Notes under the pieces: model-generated
Told to the model about the DNA's origin: nothing
The model's input: the letters and a program-made list of their open reading frames with translations, nothing else
Database searches by the model: none
IMG/VR virus record: IMGVR_UViG_3300045988_031782
DNA from: a virus
Reading direction: 5' to 3' (one strand)
Length of the DNA stretch: 5,758 nucleotides
In this document: piece after piece, positions 3,897-5,758 of the stretch
Layout: each line of letters starts with the position of its first letter
How positions within the stretch are numbered: position 1 is the stretch's first letter
Program-made: the position numbers and the translations under genes

Positions 3897-4754
3897 TTAG
3901 TCTCCTCTGTATGCGTTGAATGCGTCCATGTTTGGCATGATTGGCACTCTCTGGTTGTATTTTTTGAAGTTTCCTGCTGTGTCTTTGGCTGCTTTGCCAG
4001 CCTTTTCTGCTGCTTTTTTGGCTGCTTTACCAGCTCCCGCAAGGCCTGCACCTAATTTGCTAGCTGCATAGGTGTACTGTTGTGCCTGTTTTGCGCTCGA
4101 GGTTGCCAGCTCGCTCGCTGCCTGTTCCCAGCTTTTTGCACTCTTAAGCTGTTTTGCGCTGGTGGCTTGTTTTGCTAGCTGTAAGTATTTGTCTGCTAGC
4201 TCTGCCGTGTTGTTGCCGTATTCGTACATTGCGCTTACGCTTGCAGCCTGTGCGCTCTGCTGGTTATAACGTTGGCTTCCAATGCTTGCAGATGCTCCCG
4301 ATGGTGCGCTTGTTGCGCCGTTGGTCGCTGCTAAGATAGGATTGATGCCCGCTGCGATCATGTCCTTTACGGTGTCCTGATAGGCTGTCCCGCGCATTTC
4401 CTTTTGAAACGCTCGTTCTGCTGCTGCTTCTGCGCTGTTGTACTTCTTGGCGCTTGCTTGGCTTCCAGCATTTGCGAGGTTGCTCAGCAGTCCGCTCATC
4501 ATTTGCAGTGTGTTTGCGGTGTTTACACTGCTCTGATTTCCGAACATTGTGACGCCTGTTGGCGTGCTGATTTGTGTTGCTCCGATTTGCTGCGGTCCTG
4601 TTATGCTGCCTGTTGTGGTCTCGCTGCCTGTGCTGCTTTCGCTGCCGGCTCCTTGGCTGTTCTTGGCGCCGCTCTGGTTACTGCTTGTTATGATGCTTGT
4701 TAGCATGCCTAGTCCTTGCATGAGGGATGGCAAAAGCTTTAATAACGTCTCCAT
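3897..4754 (-). CDS. VP2: Minor capsid / DNA pilot protein VP2 (H-like), 285 aa
   Basis: NSAEAAAERAFQKEMRGTAYQDTVKDMIAAGINPILA matches the VP2 hallmark (A...R.F...M..TAYQ..V.DM..AG.NP.L). The flanks are long Ser/Thr/Gln/Ala-rich low-complexity sequence. The N-terminus is hydrophobic (METLLKLLPSLMQGLGMLTSIITS). It lies directly downstream of VP1. Confidence 0.85.
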   Translation of the reverse strand: METLLKLLPSLMQGLGMLTSIITSSNQSGAKNSQGAGSESSTGSETTTGSITGPQQIGATQISTPTGVTMFGNQSSVNTANTLQMMSGLLSNLANAGSQASAKKYNSAEAAAERAFQKEMRGTAYQDTVKDMIAAGINPILAATNGATSAPSGASASIGSQRYNQQSAQAASVSAMYEYGNNTAELADKYLQLAKQATSAKQLKSAKSWEQAASELATSSAKQAQQYTYAASKLGAGLAGAGKAAKKAAEKAGKAAKDTAGNFKKYNQRVPIMPNMDAFNAYRGD

Positions 4755-4782
4755 TCAAAAATAGCCCCGCTTTTGCGGGGCT
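4755..4782 (-). terminator. Rho-independent terminator/attenuator between VP1 and VP2, placed between the VP2 SD and its ATG
   Basis: The minus strand after the VP1 TAA reads GGAAGGAGGA-AGCCCCGC-AAAA-GCGGGGCT-ATTTTTGA-ATG. That is an 8-bp stem, a 4-nt loop and a T5 tract ending at the VP2 start codon. Confidence 0.75.
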
Positions 4783-4792
4783 TCCTCCTTCC

Positions 4793-5758
4793 TTAAATTC
4801 TTTCGATGCCCGGGATGCTGTAGATAGGCATTTCGCGGTACCAATCTTCTGTGAAGTAGAAGTCACATAAGAACTGGTGCGATTTGGCGCTTGTTACTGC
4901 GATCGTTCTGTCAATGTTCTGCGTTCCTTCTTGGATCCACTCTGCCGAGAGGCGCGGAAGTTTGTCATAATCGTCTGCATAGTGCCATGCATCCAAACTT
5001 GTCTGGTAGTTAGACCGCATTTCTCCGGTTACGTAAGAAGGCTTGTAGCGGTAGTCCGCCCAGGCCTCTTGGTAGCCAAAGATTTCGTCATCTTCGGCTG
5101 TGCCCTGTGCATAGATTTCACGGTTGTACACCGGTTGTTCGCCTAGTGCTGCCAGACGTGGGTCGTAGTATGTGAACCGCCCGCCGCGTGTCCACTTGGT
5201 CGCAAGTCCCTGCTGGTAGCTGTGTTCTACTCGTACTACTGCCAGGCCGATGATGTAGCCGTATTCAGTTGCTGCATAGTCCACCATCTGCTTGCTGCAT
5301 GTGGTCAGGCTGTATGCTGCCGTATTGCCTAGTGCCTGTCCGGTCGTCGGGTCCGTTTGGCTTGTCTGTACAACCTGATTTACGTTGATTGGGATGCGCT
5401 GTCCGCCGATGTACTCAGGAATTTGCAGACGGCTGTCCGGGCTTGTCACGCCCCACGTACCGGAAAGGAACTCGCGATAGCGTGTGCCGTTGCGTGCATC
5501 AGCTTCAAAGATGTGCTGCAGTGCGATGCTCATGCGCAAGTCTGCAATGCTGATTCCTGTAATGTTGCTGAGGTCTGCTTTTAGAAACGCGTCTGCGATG
5601 TAGGAACTTGTACCATCTGTGCCTTTTCCTGTCAGCTTTCCCCCTTTTTCTGTGTTTTCAAACCACGTTATGCTGTTTGCTGGCCACGACTGGTTTAGGA
5701 TTATTTTATCTGTTGTTTTGGCGGTATCTTGGATGGTGTTATATCCATATACCGGTGC
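4793..5758 (-). CDS. VP1: Major capsid protein VP1, C-terminal part. 4793..5659 is unique (288 codons plus stop); 5660..5758 duplicates 1..99.
   Basis: The frame is open from 5758 down to the TAA at 4793 and in phase with 1..777. My translation: ...ENTEKGGKLTGKGTDGTSSYIADAFLKADLSNITGISIADLRMSIALQHIFEADARNGTRYREFLSGTWGV.SPDSRLQIPEYIGG.... These are the conserved VP1 C-terminal motifs (ARgGtRY.E....FGV...D.RLQ.PEY.GG). The track's Met at 5539 is internal. The joined protein is 547 aa. Confidence 0.95.
   Translation of the reverse strand, partial: APVYGYNTIQDTAKTTDKIILNQSWPANSITWFENTEKGGKLTGKGTDGTSSYIADAFLKADLSNITGISIADLRMSIALQHIFEADARNGTRYREFLSGTWGVTSPDSRLQIPEYIGGQRIPINVNQVVQTSQTDPTTGQALGNTAAYSLTTCSKQMVDYAATEYGYIIGLAVVRVEHSYQQGLATKWTRGGRFTYYDPRLAALGEQPVYNREIYAQGTAEDDEIFGYQEAWADYRYKPSYVTGEMRSNYQTSLDAWHYADDYDKLPRLSAEWIQEGTQNIDRTIAVTSAKSHQFLCDFYFTEDWYREMPIYSIPGIERI
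5660..5758. repeat. Right copy of the 99-nt terminal direct repeat (circular-assembly overlap)
   Basis: Identical to 1..99. The repeat runs to the last base of the window. Confidence 0.95.

Larger units (their letters stand above)
1..5659 (-). other. One complete unit of a circular Microviridae (gokushovirus-like) ssDNA phage genome, 5,659 nt, all genes on the minus strand
   Basis: The 99-nt terminal identity gives the unit length. The full Microviridae core set (VP1, VP2, VP3-like, VP4, VP5-like, J-like) is present on one strand. The VP1 reading frame closes exactly across the junction. Confidence 0.9.

Noticed and set aside
3764-4051. 95-aa minus-strand ORF spanning the VP2 3' end, the terminator and iteron cluster C. 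This includes its internal Met version, MENIPLFCNNNPKNKECGKLEF..., which starts in the terminator stem.
   Set aside because: It runs straight through a strong terminator hairpin and the non-coding repeats. Its openness is explained by the stop-free iteron motif.
4678-4866. 62-aa minus-strand ORF bridging the VP1 end and the VP2 start.
   Set aside because: It is out of frame with both genes, crosses the VP1-VP2 terminator hairpin, and has no SD.
186-5584. All plus-strand ORFs in the track (for example 553..951, 1268..1585, 1555..1929, 4404..4703, 4877..5146).
   Set aside because: Each lies antisense to a minus-strand gene with clear family motifs. Their translations are Cys/Leu/Phe/Ser/Arg-rich with no recognisable domains. 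They lack SDs, and several begin at TTG or GTG. This is typical shadow-ORF behaviour.

Overview
The window is one complete circular Microviridae (small ssDNA phage, gokushovirus-like) genome plus a 99-nt assembly overlap. Positions 1..99 are identical to 5660..5758, so the unit length is 5,659 nt. All credible genes are on the minus strand, so the window is the reverse complement of the coding/virion-sense strand. Order along the minus strand: [strong sigma70-type promoter] - 77-aa unknown - M15 peptidoglycan peptidase - 38-aa basic J/ORF8-like DNA-binding protein - 38-aa helical ORF - VP5-like 84 aa - VP3-like scaffold - VP1 major capsid (547 aa, split across the window ends) - intrinsic terminator - VP2 DNA-pilot protein - strong intrinsic terminator - ~335-nt non-coding region - VP4 HUH replication initiator. 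The two 38-codon genes are below the ORF-track cutoff. Points worth a second look: (1) the non-coding region holds nine same-orientation copies of TGTTGAA(A/T) in three clusters around a 17-nt palindrome, plus a (GTA)6 microsatellite, and may be an origin/Rep-binding module; (2) a true M15 cell-wall peptidase with no holin or signal peptide anywhere in the genome; (3) SD - stable hairpin - ATG arrangements before both VP2 and Rep; (4) only one clear promoter for the whole circle. All plus-strand ORFs in the track look like antisense artefacts. Homology calls come from motif recognition by eye; no database search was run.
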